64,000 bases of DNA from a virus. The stretch lies in the IMG/VR virus record IMGVR_UViG_3300045988_119718, positions 160,001 through 224,000 of that record; one strand, 5' to 3'. Numbering within the stretch: the first letter of the stretch is position 1; each line of letters begins with the position of its first letter. A model generated the notes under the pieces. The model made no database searches. It saw nothing but the letters and a program-made list of their open reading frames with translations, and was not told where the DNA came from. Position numbers and translations under genes: made by a program. Positions 36,859 through 47,533 of this stretch are shown here, piece by piece.

Positions 36859-39800
36859 ATGAAAGGAGGAAATTCTATTTTGGATAAACTACCGAAAGTT
36901 AATAACTATATGAAAAACTTAGGAAAGTCTATTAAGTATGTAGCTATTAACGAAATACGAGAAACCTTGCCAATAGTATTTGAAACTAAAGAAACTAATG
37001 AAGAAGCTATTAGTTCAATACGTGCAAGTTTTCGTAATAAAAATAAATTAAAGACTATATCTACTATTGCTAAAGATAGCGAATTCTATAAAACTGGAAA
37101 TGATATATATAAGAACTTAAAGTCTTCTATAAAGACTGGGAATTTTTATTCTCAAAAAAGACAAGATAAAGCTGATAATGAATTTATGAAAAGCTTTATG
37201 GGAGAAGATTTTAACTTTGATGATGATTTCAAAGATGAAGAAGGCTTTGATGAGAGTGAAGATTCATTAAATGAAAATGCTGATAGCTTAAATGAATTAA
37301 ATAATGATCTTAATTCTGGATTTGAAGCTAGTGCTACTGCTATATCTAATACTACTATAGAATCTGCTAGATATGTAGGAGAGACAGTAAAAGCTAGTGC
37401 TGCTATGGCATATGCACAGAATAGTGAACAAACTTTTTTAATGAGAACTGGCTTTAAGAGTTTAGATGATGGATTAAAGAAATTAGTTCATTTTAATTCT
37501 GATATTCTTCAAAAGCATATTCAAAACTCTACTACATTCTTTGATAATACAAGCAAACTTTTAGCTGAGCAAAATGCTATGATGAAAGAAATGCTTGAAA
37601 TGCAGAGAAACGTATATAAAGCTAATCAAGCTAATGAAAATAAAACTGATTTTAATAAATACGCTAATATAGTTTCATCTGGTGGTGTAGTTAATTTATC
37701 TGAATACTTTAAAAATATTAAGTCCAACTTTAGTGAATGGTCAGAACCAATAATGATGATGCTTAACATGATAAAAGCAAATCCATTGGAAATGCTCATT
37801 CAAGGTGGATTAAGCGTTTTAGGCTCAGATAGTATGAAAAAAGCTGGAGCCGATTTAAATAAAACTTTATCTGGTACATTTGGTAAGTATTTATCATTTT
37901 TAGAAAAGCAAGCTAAAAAGAATGGTGGTATTTGGGATACATTAAATGATATATTTGGTGTAAGAAACAGTAAAAAATTTGATATTGATACAGGCAATTA
38001 TCAAAAAGGGCCTATGCAATTTAATGGTATTGCTAATAGGGCTATTACTGAAGTAATTCCTGGGTACTTAGCTAGAATCGAATCTGCATTAACCGGTGGA
38101 GAAGAAAGATTCTATGATTTTGCTGGTGGTAGATGGACTAATGCCAAAAAGATACGTAATAAATATGATAAAGAAATAAATAATGCTAGAGAAAATGCTG
38201 GGTTATCTGATTTATTTAGTGAGATAGGTAGTTCTTTAAATAAAATAAATTTTGATAATTATAATGGTACTAAAATAAGCTCTAAAGATAAAGATGAAAT
38301 ATTTAATAAAATAATGCAAACCATTGTTGATAATAATGGTGATATGGATGATAAATTCATCGTTAAACGAAAAGGTAAGAATGGTGAAGGTAATATAGAT
38401 TTTAAAGCTTTTTATAAAGCTTTTGGGTTTACACCTTCACAACTTACAGAATCCCAAAAGGCTATGATCAATGTAATGGCTACAGCATTAGCTAATACTT
38501 CTACATCTACTAGAGCTAGTTTAAATAATAGTGTAAGACAAGCTAAAGGTTCTGATTCACGGTTCAAGCAAGAAATAGAAAATGATCCAAATAGTGTATA
38601 TAGAAATATAGTTAATGGTCAATTATCTGGTTCTAGATTTGTACAATATGCTGCTGCATTTGGTGAAGGATCTATGGAAGCACCAGATAGATATATTCCT
38701 AGTGATAATTTAATAGAGGCTAATGGTAAAAATAAGAAAAACAAAGGAAGAAAATCTAATGATATTTCTAATACTTCTATAGTTGCTAGAAAGAATAAAC
38801 CAGTAGATTATGCTAAACAAGTATTTTATAAAATAAGTACTGTAGATGAATTTATAGAACTGCATCCTTCTAATGCTGAACCTATCATACGAGCAATGAT
38901 TGGTTACTTCAATGGGTTAAAGTCTATAGAAGAACTGAATGAAAAAGATGAACCTATCGCTAATTTTATTTCTATGGCTAGAACATTAGACTCTTATGAT
39001 TATCGATCTGATTGTAAACAGTATGCTGATTTTATTGATCTAAAAAAAGGAAGAGGAAAATTTTCTATTAAAGAAAGTCAATATAATGAATTACCTTTAG
39101 TATGTAAAAACTTCTATACGTTTATTATGAGCTTAGTATCTAAAGAAACTATTAGTACTTCTGAAGGATTGGCTAAGAGTGTTGATGATGCTCATAATAC
39201 TAAACAAGAATATAGCTACGATAAATATAAAGGTAATGGATTATTTGATAAATTAGATAAAGCTAAAGGTATAGATAAACTCGGTGTATTAATGAGCTAT
39301 AGTAAGAAATTAACTAGTATGCCATTTGATATACTTGGTAGTGTAATAGCTAAAACCGATAAAATTATCTATGATATGTTTTTTGGTAATGAGCAAATGA
39401 CTGATAAAAATACTGGTAAAAAAATTACTGGATTCTTTCAGTTAATGACTTCTAAAATTGGTGATACTGTAGAAAACTTATATAATGATATTAAAAAACG
39501 TATTTGGGGTAAAGAGCAGTGGAATACCTATAAAAATACTGTTTATGGTGCTTTTTCATCTATGGTAAATTATGGTAAGAGTTTTTTCGATGATGATGAA
39601 GAAGAAAATACTAATACTGAAGAAGCAAAAACCGATGAAAATGCAGAGACTGCTGCTGAAACATCTAAAAATAAAGTTAATAAGAATAATAGAAAAAACT
39701 CTAGAAGAGCTGCAAGACGAAGAAGAAAGCGTAGAAATCGTAGGAGAGTAAGAGGTGCGGCATTTGGTTTAGGAATGGTTCCTGAAACTGATATCTATAC

Positions 39801-42800
39801 TCTTCATAAGGGTGAAGCAGTAATTCCAGCATATATGAATCCATCCTATACTGGAACTGATATAGACCCAAATAAACACGCTAAAGATGAAGCGGCTGTA
39901 GCTAAGGAATATGGTTTAAATGTAAAAGGTTATGCTAAAGGTACTGTAGACGACGAATCTAAAAGAGAGAAAAAAGATAAAGAGTCTATGTTTAAAGTAC
40001 TAAAGGAAAAATATCCAGCAGCTTTAGGTGAAAGTACTGTAGGTGGTATATTAGGTACTATTATAGCAGGCCCATTTGGTTTAATAGGTGGTGCTACATT
40101 AGGTGCTGCTAACTATATTCTTAAGAATTCTACTACTGCTAATAAATTCTTATTTGGTGATACTGATAAAAAAAGCTTATTAACTAGAACTAAATCTGGT
40201 TTAAGAAAAATATTACCTAAGAGTATAACTAACTTTTTTGATGAACAGACTAAAAAAGTTAAAGATATTGGTAAGTTTACTATTGCTGGTGGTTTAGGTG
40301 GCGTAGTATTAGGAGCTGTAGGCGGTCCAGTTGGTTTAATGGGCGGCTTAATGTTAGGTGCTACTACTGGGTTGCTTAAAAATTATGAAGGTGCTCAAAA
40401 CTTAATGTTTGGCAACCACAATGTAAAAGGTAATATAGATAAAATATTAGATAAGAAGTATCTTAAATCTATAGGATTAGGGGCATTAGCTGGTGGCGTA
40501 TTAGGTGGCCCGTTAGGGATGCTTGGCGGTGCTATGCTTGGTGTAGCTGGTAAATACGCTTCTGATTCTGAAAAGTTTAAAGACTTTTTGTTTGGTAAGA
40601 GAAATAAAAAAGGTAAAAGAAATTATAAAAATGGTTTCTTAGGTAAGATTGGTGAAAAGATATTAGCTCCATTAGGCACATTAAAAGATGATATTGTTAA
40701 ATATATGGATAAGAATGTATTCCAGCCAATTAGTAGAGCTTTAACACCTTTAACCAGAATTACTCAGTTAGGTATGAGAAAGTTATTTAGAGGTCTTCAA
40801 AAAGGGTTCGATGCCATTACAAATCCTTCTTTAAAAATGAGATGGTATGCTAATCTTCCTACTTTAATGAAAGGACCAGCTGGTAGATATATAGGTCATG
40901 GCTTAGCTGGTGCAGCAGGTGGGTTTATGTATGGTGGTCCATTAGGTGCATTGATTGGCGGTGTACTAGGCGGAGCATCTGCATTTAAAGTTAAAGATAA
41001 GACTATAGCAAGTTGGTTAGGAAAAGGCATAGCTACTATTGGTACTGTACCTGGTAAAGCTTTAGATTTCGTTACTAGAAAACTTGATAAGAAATTAATA
41101 GCTAAAGGTAATATGGATTCTATTTCTATGAGTGCTAAAGACAGAGTAGACTTCATGGAAAAACATGGGTATGCATATGCTAAAGAAGAGTATAAGCAGA
41201 ACGATATAACTTTAAGAGATTCATCTGCAAGTCAGTTACAAGCTATGAAAAGTACTATTGAGATAATTAAAGAGAACAAAAAGAAGTCTAATTATGATAG
41301 AGGTAAAATAGAAAAAGAAATTAAGAATGTAGTTAAATCCATTCCTAACTTGGATTTATCTGGAATGCAGAAAATCTTAAAGATTATCAGAAATGCTATT
41401 AAGAGTAAAGATGAAAGATCTGTGCCAGAAGCTATTGATAAAATATCTAACTATCTACGCTTAAGAGGCTTAAGTGACGATCAAATAGAAAGTTATATTA
41501 GACCTTTAAGAATAGGTATGTCTGGGTTATCCGCTAATAAAGCAGTTAAGAATGCCATGGAACAGGATACTGCTAATAGAAGTGAATATCTTAAAAAGAA
41601 TTTCAATTTTAACGTAGTAGATGGTGATATAGATAAAGCTCTTGAGCAAGTTGATAGTGAATTACAGAGTAGAAAGAGTAAAGGTGAAACAGTAGAAAAA
41701 GAATCACTTGATAAAGGCGATGCTGCTATTGTAGAATCCACTAATAAAGTCAATGATTCGATAAGATTAAGTAATATATATTTATCTGCTATTACTGATT
41801 ATTTAAAATACGGTAAAGTATCAGATGAAACAGAAAGAAAACTTAAAAAGTTTACTGCTATGGATGGCGGTAATATAGTAGCTAAAACTGATAGTAAAGA
41901 CAGCATGGAAGACTCAACTTATCAATTCTCTCAGAGAACTGGTACTATGGTTAAGATGGCTAAGACTTCTGATGGTGGATATAAACCTGATACAACTGAT
42001 AAAGATACTAAAGAAGCTATTGAAAAAGCAGATGCAGAACGCGATGCTATAATGTCTTTAGGTCAGTACGCTAAATCAAAACTTAAAAGTATTAAAAAGT
42101 CATTAAAGAATCGAGCCTCTAAATTTAAAAACTCAGCAATATTTGGTGGATTTAAAGACATATTTAAAAGTATATTTGGAACACCTTTAGGCATAGTAGG
42201 AGATATACTTGGTATGATTCCAGGTGCTAATCTTCTTAAAGGCAAATTAGCAAGATTTGCTGGTAATAAATTAGGTGGTTGGGCTGATAAATTAGCTAAT
42301 AAAGCTCAAAACTTAAAAGGTACTGGTAAATTCTTAGGTAAAGTAGGCGGAAAGCTTTTAGGTGTTGGTTCATTCTTACTTAAGAATGTGGCTGATGCTG
42401 CTAGTGCTGCTGCTGATGCAGAAGAATCTACTCCTGAATTTGAAACTGAATTAGAAGCATTTAATTATATGGCTAGAAAGATTTCTGGTGTTGAAGCTGC
42501 TGTAGTAGCTATAGATCAGTTTACAAACAACCAGATGCCTAATGCTTTAAAAGCTCCTGGTAGTATACATACTACAATAGATCCTAAAACTGGTAAACCT
42601 GTTAATGCTAAAACTGGAAAAGGCTTCCTTGGTGGATGGTTATCTTCAGCATGGACTGGTGTTACTGGAGTTGCATCCTCAGTATGGAATGGCGTAAAAG
42701 CAGTTAGTTCTAAAGCTATGTCTGCTGTTGGCTCAGTAATAGGCTGGGTACAAAATGGGTTAAAGAAAGTATTCAATTTTGCAGCTAAATTCTTACCATC

Positions 42801-45162
42801 TAATATTGGTAATAAAATATCTTCATTTGGTTCTGCAATATTAAAGAAAGTATCTAATCCTAAAGTAGCAGTTAAAGTAGCTGAAAAAGCTTCTAGTAAA
42901 GGTATACAATTAGGATTAGGGCCTATAGGTTGGGCTTTCTTAGCAGGTAGTATTGCAGTTAGCTTCTATCAAGGATATAATAATGCTGAAACCATTTGGA
43001 AGGGTGGATCTGCTAATACCTCTTCTGATGAAGATTTATCAATGGGTGATAAAGCAATATGCGGTGTTTGCTCAGTCGTAGCTAATGAATTACTTATGGG
43101 AATAATGACCCCATCTGAAGTACTTGGTATTGCTAAATCTATATTTGGTAAGATAAAAGGTGTTACTGATACTATTAAAGAAAAAGCATCTAGTATTATG
43201 AGTACTATTTCAGGATATAAAGATAAACTTCTTAATACCGGTAAAGAAATGTGGGATAAAGTTAAGACATCATTCGGTAATGTTTGGGATGGTATTAAGA
43301 ATACAGTAGGAAATGCTATTCAAACTATTAAAGATACATTTGAAAAGTTTAAAAAAATTGGATATGATACATTAGTAGAAATTCTTAAATCTCCTATTGA
43401 TTGGATAAAGAAGAAAGCTAGTTCTTTATTTGGCTTTGGTGGAGATGATAAGAAAACATCAACTCCTGCTACTAATAAAACATATACTTCTCCTAAACCA
43501 ACAGCAGCTGCAATTCCAGCTGATACTAGTAAAGTTGATCCTAATGTAGACCCAGATAACGGTATAGGTACAGGTGAAAATGGAACCAATACGACAAAGA
43601 CTTGGAGAGAAAAGTATGACGGTATTTATGTAAGAGGTAAGAAAGTTGCTACAGGTGGGCCATTGTCTGGTAATAGCTTACTTAGATATAGATTAGCTAG
43701 TATCGGCGGTGGAGATATGACACCAGCTGCAATCTGGGATATTCTTACTACCAAATATCATTATTCTAACCAAGCTGCCGCTGCAATTATGGGTAGTATG
43801 CAACAGGAATCTTCATTTGATCCTAATGCTAGTCAGAACGGTGGTGGCATTGAAGCTTCTATTGCACAGGGTGAAGGTACAAACGGATTTGGTCTTTGCC
43901 AGTGGACTGGTTCTAGAACACAAGCATTAGTAAACTTCTGTAGTTCTAATAATCTTGATCCTACTACTGCTGAAGGACAGATTGCTTTCATGAACTATGA
44001 AATGGGACAAAGAGGTTCTAACGCTGCATTCAATAGTGCTGGTTCAGTAGATGATGCACTTAAAGTAATGCAACAATATGAGGGATATGGCGAAGTAGGT
44101 AATAGAGACAATTATGCTAGACAAATATTCCAGAACCAAGGTAGAGGTATAACTACTTCTGGTTCAGCTAGTGGAGGCTCTGGTAGTAAATCTTCTGGAG
44201 ATAATTCTATATTTGGTAGAATTGATAAATTATTTGATAAAGCATTTGCTCCATTTACATCTATTTTTGGTAATATATTCGGTGGCTCTTCGGATAGTAA
44301 TAGTAACTCTAGTGGTAGTGGTGGAGCAGGTAGTGCTGCGACAGATATGTCTGGAACTATAGACTCTGGTTCTACTGCTGATAAGTTGCTTGCTAATCTT
44401 AAGTCTGAAGCTGGGGGAGACGCAGTAGTAAGTGCTCCATATGGTGAAGCAAATCACCAGGGTCATACTCATGGTGGTATTGATATAGCTGCACCAGAAG
44501 GAACCCCTATTAAATCTCCAATAGCTGGTACTGTAATAGATAATCGCTATGGTGGTGGATATGGTAACTATGTTCAAATTAAAGATAAGAACAACATGGA
44601 TCACTTATTCCCACATATGGTATCTCCATCTCCGTTAAAAGAAGGTACAGAAGTATCAGTTGGCGATACTGTAGGGTATATTGGTTCTACTGGTAATTCA
44701 ACTGGTCCTCATGTCCATTATGAAATAGATGATGATGCTGTAAATAGAGGTGCTGAAACTTCTAAACCACATATAAATCCTGGTAAATATATGGGTGGTC
44801 CATTATCTGGTGATAGTACACTTAAGTTTAGAAAGAAAGTTAATGATCTTGCTAATGCTGGTAATAGAGCTGCTATCAAAGCACTTAAGAAAGGATACGG
44901 CACTGATAATGTCGGTGTTGGAGGCCCATTACCTGGAGATAACTTAGTTAATAACAATATAGCAGTTAAAGACTACTCAGATCAGTTAAATCAAATTATT
45001 TCATTACTCAGTATAATTGCAGGTGCGGTACAATCTCAAGCTTCTACCCCAGTTGCAGCAGCTAATGTACCAACTAACATGAGTGATACTATGAGTACTA
45101 CAACTCCTAATACTTCATTATTAAATATAGTAAAGAGTATGATGAATATTGCATCTCATTAA
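36859..45162 (+). CDS. Tape-measure-like giant virion protein (2767 aa) with lysozyme-like and M23-peptidase domains
   Basis: Coiled-coil-rich N-terminal part and four glycine-zipper repeats (GGPxGLxGGxxLG). GLCQWTGSR...LD...Q.AF lysozyme-like block near residue 2330. M23 motifs HGGIDIA...GSTGNSTGPHVHYE near 2550. The start is probably the TTG at 36880, 9 nt after GGAGGA. Confidence 0.6.
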   Translation: MKGGNSILDKLPKVNNYMKNLGKSIKYVAINEIRETLPIVFETKETNEEAISSIRASFRNKNKLKTISTIAKDSEFYKTGNDIYKNLKSSIKTGNFYSQKRQDKADNEFMKSFMGEDFNFDDDFKDEEGFDESEDSLNENADSLNELNNDLNSGFEASATAISNTTIESARYVGETVKASAAMAYAQNSEQTFLMRTGFKSLDDGLKKLVHFNSDILQKHIQNSTTFFDNTSKLLAEQNAMMKEMLEMQRNVYKANQANENKTDFNKYANIVSSGGVVNLSEYFKNIKSNFSEWSEPIMMMLNMIKANPLEMLIQGGLSVLGSDSMKKAGADLNKTLSGTFGKYLSFLEKQAKKNGGIWDTLNDIFGVRNSKKFDIDTGNYQKGPMQFNGIANRAITEVIPGYLARIESALTGGEERFYDFAGGRWTNAKKIRNKYDKEINNARENAGLSDLFSEIGSSLNKINFDNYNGTKISSKDKDEIFNKIMQTIVDNNGDMDDKFIVKRKGKNGEGNIDFKAFYKAFGFTPSQLTESQKAMINVMATALANTSTSTRASLNNSVRQAKGSDSRFKQEIENDPNSVYRNIVNGQLSGSRFVQYAAAFGEGSMEAPDRYIPSDNLIEANGKNKKNKGRKSNDISNTSIVARKNKPVDYAKQVFYKISTVDEFIELHPSNAEPIIRAMIGYFNGLKSIEELNEKDEPIANFISMARTLDSYDYRSDCKQYADFIDLKKGRGKFSIKESQYNELPLVCKNFYTFIMSLVSKETISTSEGLAKSVDDAHNTKQEYSYDKYKGNGLFDKLDKAKGIDKLGVLMSYSKKLTSMPFDILGSVIAKTDKIIYDMFFGNEQMTDKNTGKKITGFFQLMTSKIGDTVENLYNDIKKRIWGKEQWNTYKNTVYGAFSSMVNYGKSFFDDDEEENTNTEEAKTDENAETAAETSKNKVNKNNRKNSRRAARRRRKRRNRRRVRGAAFGLGMVPETDIYTLHKGEAVIPAYMNPSYTGTDIDPNKHAKDEAAVAKEYGLNVKGYAKGTVDDESKREKKDKESMFKVLKEKYPAALGESTVGGILGTIIAGPFGLIGGATLGAANYILKNSTTANKFLFGDTDKKSLLTRTKSGLRKILPKSITNFFDEQTKKVKDIGKFTIAGGLGGVVLGAVGGPVGLMGGLMLGATTGLLKNYEGAQNLMFGNHNVKGNIDKILDKKYLKSIGLGALAGGVLGGPLGMLGGAMLGVAGKYASDSEKFKDFLFGKRNKKGKRNYKNGFLGKIGEKILAPLGTLKDDIVKYMDKNVFQPISRALTPLTRITQLGMRKLFRGLQKGFDAITNPSLKMRWYANLPTLMKGPAGRYIGHGLAGAAGGFMYGGPLGALIGGVLGGASAFKVKDKTIASWLGKGIATIGTVPGKALDFVTRKLDKKLIAKGNMDSISMSAKDRVDFMEKHGYAYAKEEYKQNDITLRDSSASQLQAMKSTIEIIKENKKKSNYDRGKIEKEIKNVVKSIPNLDLSGMQKILKIIRNAIKSKDERSVPEAIDKISNYLRLRGLSDDQIESYIRPLRIGMSGLSANKAVKNAMEQDTANRSEYLKKNFNFNVVDGDIDKALEQVDSELQSRKSKGETVEKESLDKGDAAIVESTNKVNDSIRLSNIYLSAITDYLKYGKVSDETERKLKKFTAMDGGNIVAKTDSKDSMEDSTYQFSQRTGTMVKMAKTSDGGYKPDTTDKDTKEAIEKADAERDAIMSLGQYAKSKLKSIKKSLKNRASKFKNSAIFGGFKDIFKSIFGTPLGIVGDILGMIPGANLLKGKLARFAGNKLGGWADKLANKAQNLKGTGKFLGKVGGKLLGVGSFLLKNVADAASAAADAEESTPEFETELEAFNYMARKISGVEAAVVAIDQFTNNQMPNALKAPGSIHTTIDPKTGKPVNAKTGKGFLGGWLSSAWTGVTGVASSVWNGVKAVSSKAMSAVGSVIGWVQNGLKKVFNFAAKFLPSNIGNKISSFGSAILKKVSNPKVAVKVAEKASSKGIQLGLGPIGWAFLAGSIAVSFYQGYNNAETIWKGGSANTSSDEDLSMGDKAICGVCSVVANELLMGIMTPSEVLGIAKSIFGKIKGVTDTIKEKASSIMSTISGYKDKLLNTGKEMWDKVKTSFGNVWDGIKNTVGNAIQTIKDTFEKFKKIGYDTLVEILKSPIDWIKKKASSLFGFGGDDKKTSTPATNKTYTSPKPTAAAIPADTSKVDPNVDPDNGIGTGENGTNTTKTWREKYDGIYVRGKKVATGGPLSGNSLLRYRLASIGGGDMTPAAIWDILTTKYHYSNQAAAAIMGSMQQESSFDPNASQNGGGIEASIAQGEGTNGFGLCQWTGSRTQALVNFCSSNNLDPTTAEGQIAFMNYEMGQRGSNAAFNSAGSVDDALKVMQQYEGYGEVGNRDNYARQIFQNQGRGITTSGSASGGSGSKSSGDNSIFGRIDKLFDKAFAPFTSIFGNIFGGSSDSNSNSSGSGGAGSAATDMSGTIDSGSTADKLLANLKSEAGGDAVVSAPYGEANHQGHTHGGIDIAAPEGTPIKSPIAGTVIDNRYGGGYGNYVQIKDKNNMDHLFPHMVSPSPLKEGTEVSVGDTVGYIGSTGNSTGPHVHYEIDDDAVNRGAETSKPHINPGKYMGGPLSGDSTLKFRKKVNDLANAGNRAAIKALKKGYGTDNVGVGGPLPGDNLVNNNIAVKDYSDQLNQIISLLSIIAGAVQSQASTPVAAANVPTNMSDTMSTTTPNTSLLNIVKSMMNIASH

Positions 45163-45174
45163 AGTATAAAATGT

Positions 45175-45215
45175 TTGAGAAGCTCTATTTTAGAGCTTCT
45201 CAACATATATTTAAA
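45175..45215 (+). terminator. Intrinsic terminator
   Basis: GAGAAGCTCTATTTTAGAGCTTCTC followed by a T-rich tract. Confidence 0.55.
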
Positions 45216-45243
45216 ATTTTAAACTATAAAGAAAGGAGTTATT

Positions 45244-47427
45244 ATGGATTTTATTTTAACTAAAAACGCCAAAGTATATACTGATTGCTCATTTGATTCT
45301 AAAGTAATTGATGAGATAAAACAGAATACTACTTTACATAAATTATATTCAAATGGACCGTGGTTAAGAATAAAATATAATGATACTTTAGTATGGCTGT
45401 ATCCATTTGATAAAAATAAATTAATAATAAATCCTATTAATGTAGAAATAAATAAAGATAATGATTTAAAGATAGGAACTGTAGTATATATAAAGCCTAA
45501 TCAAAATGAAAATAAATATTTGACTAAAGATAATAAGCTTATAGAAGTAATTGCAGAACGAGATAGAAGAAAGTTTTTTGTAATAGATAGTGTAAAAACA
45601 ATAGATGGGTATTACAAAGTTAAAGCTGAAGATAATACATATTTCTTTGTAGATGAATCAGATATTGATGATTCAATAGAAGATGATACGTCAAATATGA
45701 TATCCACTTATTTTTTAGGGTTTTTTGAAGATGATGATAAGAAAGATAAGGAAAATGAAGAAGACCCTAATAAAAAATCCCCATACGCAATAGAAGAAGT
45801 AACTGGGTTTGGTGAATATAATACAGTATTAAAAGATGCTTATAATCAACGGGTTAATACTAAATACAAAAATGCTGTGGATTTAGCTAAAGTTAATCTA
45901 ACTAATCTTAGAACTGTATTTGGTATGCCATATCAATATATGCCTAATGCAGATTTACGAATGGATCCTGATGGTAGTACTTCTCCTAAATTAAAAACTT
46001 CAGAACTACAAGCTATAGGTATGAAGTATAGAGAAAAAATATTATCAAGAATGCCTTTATTAGTAATGATGCCTGGTATAGTAAACTTTATGCCTAACTA
46101 TGGTTATCAAGCTAAAGAAAAAGCTATTCAAAATTTGATGTCTAATAGTGAAGATAGCTATGTAAATAATAAAGCTTTTGATTTTCTTGTAAATAAGCAA
46201 GCTAAATCCCGTAGCAGTTATTATACATTCTATCCAGCATGGACTGAATATTTTAACTATGTAAATAAAATGTGTGCAGCTGCTGCTGTATTTATGGGTG
46301 TAGCCGATGTAAGGTTTCCATATGCTGATGGTAGTAAATCTGATACTTTAGGAAGTTATAGATGGCAGGATGCTTTACCGTCTTCACTTAATTCCACTTT
46401 TTATAAAGGGTCTTGTGCATTCTATGTAAATTCTGAAACACAAATATCTGAAACATACAGTAACTCTACTACACAATCACAATTAGCAAGTAAAGTAAAC
46501 TCTTATTCAGAAAAAGCTAGAGAATTAACTTTCTTATCTGGAGGTGTTTCAGATGCTGCTTCCGCATTAGGTAATATTGCATCAAGTGCAGCAACGATGT
46601 TTAGTGGAGTTACTGCTAAAGCAGAACAGATTGCGAGCCGTATAGCTGTAGGTGAATATGCATCTAAATTTAGATCTCAAGGTGTAATACAAGCTATAAT
46701 GGGTGGTATAGGTAATTCAGTTACTGGTGCTAAAATGCAATTCCCTGAATTATGGCAAGACTCTACTTTTTCTAGAGACTATAGTGCTACCATAAAATTA
46801 GATTCCCCCGATAATGATCCATTATCGGTATTCTTAAATATAATTGTCCCGTTAATTCATCTTACGGCATTTGCTGCCCCTAGATCTACTGGTTTGACTA
46901 CATATGCTTCACCATTCTTAGTGAGAGCATATTATCAAGGATTTTTTAATGTAAATATGGGTATTATATCTAGTATGGAAATTTCTAAGGGTGCTGAAGG
47001 TGCATGGACGTATAATAATATTCCTACTGTAGTTGAAGTAAGGTTAAGTATACATGATTTATTTGCTACTCAAACTATAACAATAGATGCAAATAATAAT
47101 AGTAATCTTCTTGATAGTTTAACTAATCTTGATATGCTTACAAATCAACCATTAATGGAATACTTAGCTAACTTATGCGGTGTAAACTATAATGAACCTG
47201 AATGGAACAGATTAATAGATTTAGCTATTACATTAGAAAAGAGAAAACCAATAGATTTCTTAAATAGAATTGAAGATTCTATTATTCAAGGATGGAATAA
47301 TAGCGTTAATAATATTTATAATAATGCTATCAATAGTACTAAATTTGGTATGGTATCTTTAATGGGTAACTATTTGGCGGATAAAGCAGCTAATAAAATT
47401 AAAAATGCTATAACTGGTAGTCAGTAA
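45244..47427 (+). CDS. Hypothetical structural protein (727 aa)
   Basis: RBS AAAGGAG. It lies directly after the tape-measure-like gene. No specific motif recognised. Confidence 0.5.
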   Translation: MDFILTKNAKVYTDCSFDSKVIDEIKQNTTLHKLYSNGPWLRIKYNDTLVWLYPFDKNKLIINPINVEINKDNDLKIGTVVYIKPNQNENKYLTKDNKLIEVIAERDRRKFFVIDSVKTIDGYYKVKAEDNTYFFVDESDIDDSIEDDTSNMISTYFLGFFEDDDKKDKENEEDPNKKSPYAIEEVTGFGEYNTVLKDAYNQRVNTKYKNAVDLAKVNLTNLRTVFGMPYQYMPNADLRMDPDGSTSPKLKTSELQAIGMKYREKILSRMPLLVMMPGIVNFMPNYGYQAKEKAIQNLMSNSEDSYVNNKAFDFLVNKQAKSRSSYYTFYPAWTEYFNYVNKMCAAAAVFMGVADVRFPYADGSKSDTLGSYRWQDALPSSLNSTFYKGSCAFYVNSETQISETYSNSTTQSQLASKVNSYSEKARELTFLSGGVSDAASALGNIASSAATMFSGVTAKAEQIASRIAVGEYASKFRSQGVIQAIMGGIGNSVTGAKMQFPELWQDSTFSRDYSATIKLDSPDNDPLSVFLNIIVPLIHLTAFAAPRSTGLTTYASPFLVRAYYQGFFNVNMGIISSMEISKGAEGAWTYNNIPTVVEVRLSIHDLFATQTITIDANNNSNLLDSLTNLDMLTNQPLMEYLANLCGVNYNEPEWNRLIDLAITLEKRKPIDFLNRIEDSIIQGWNNSVNNIYNNAINSTKFGMVSLMGNYLADKAANKIKNAITGSQ

Positions 47428-47479
47428 ATAAATCCATTATTATATTTGAATATACATTTTAATAATAAATAGAATATAT

Positions 47480-47516
47480 TCATCAGAAGGGAATATATTC
47501 CCTTCTGATTTTAATT
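47480..47516 (+). terminator. Intrinsic terminator
   Basis: ATCAGAAGGGAATATATTCCCTTCTGAT followed by TTTAATT. Confidence 0.6.
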
Positions 47517-47533
47517 AAGGATAAATTATAAAC

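Noticed and set aside
37800-44957. Multiple 60-124-aa antisense ORFs inside the 2767-aa gene
   Set aside because: Antisense to a long ORF with clear domain content, and mostly G/P/A-rich mirror translations of Gly-rich coding sequence.
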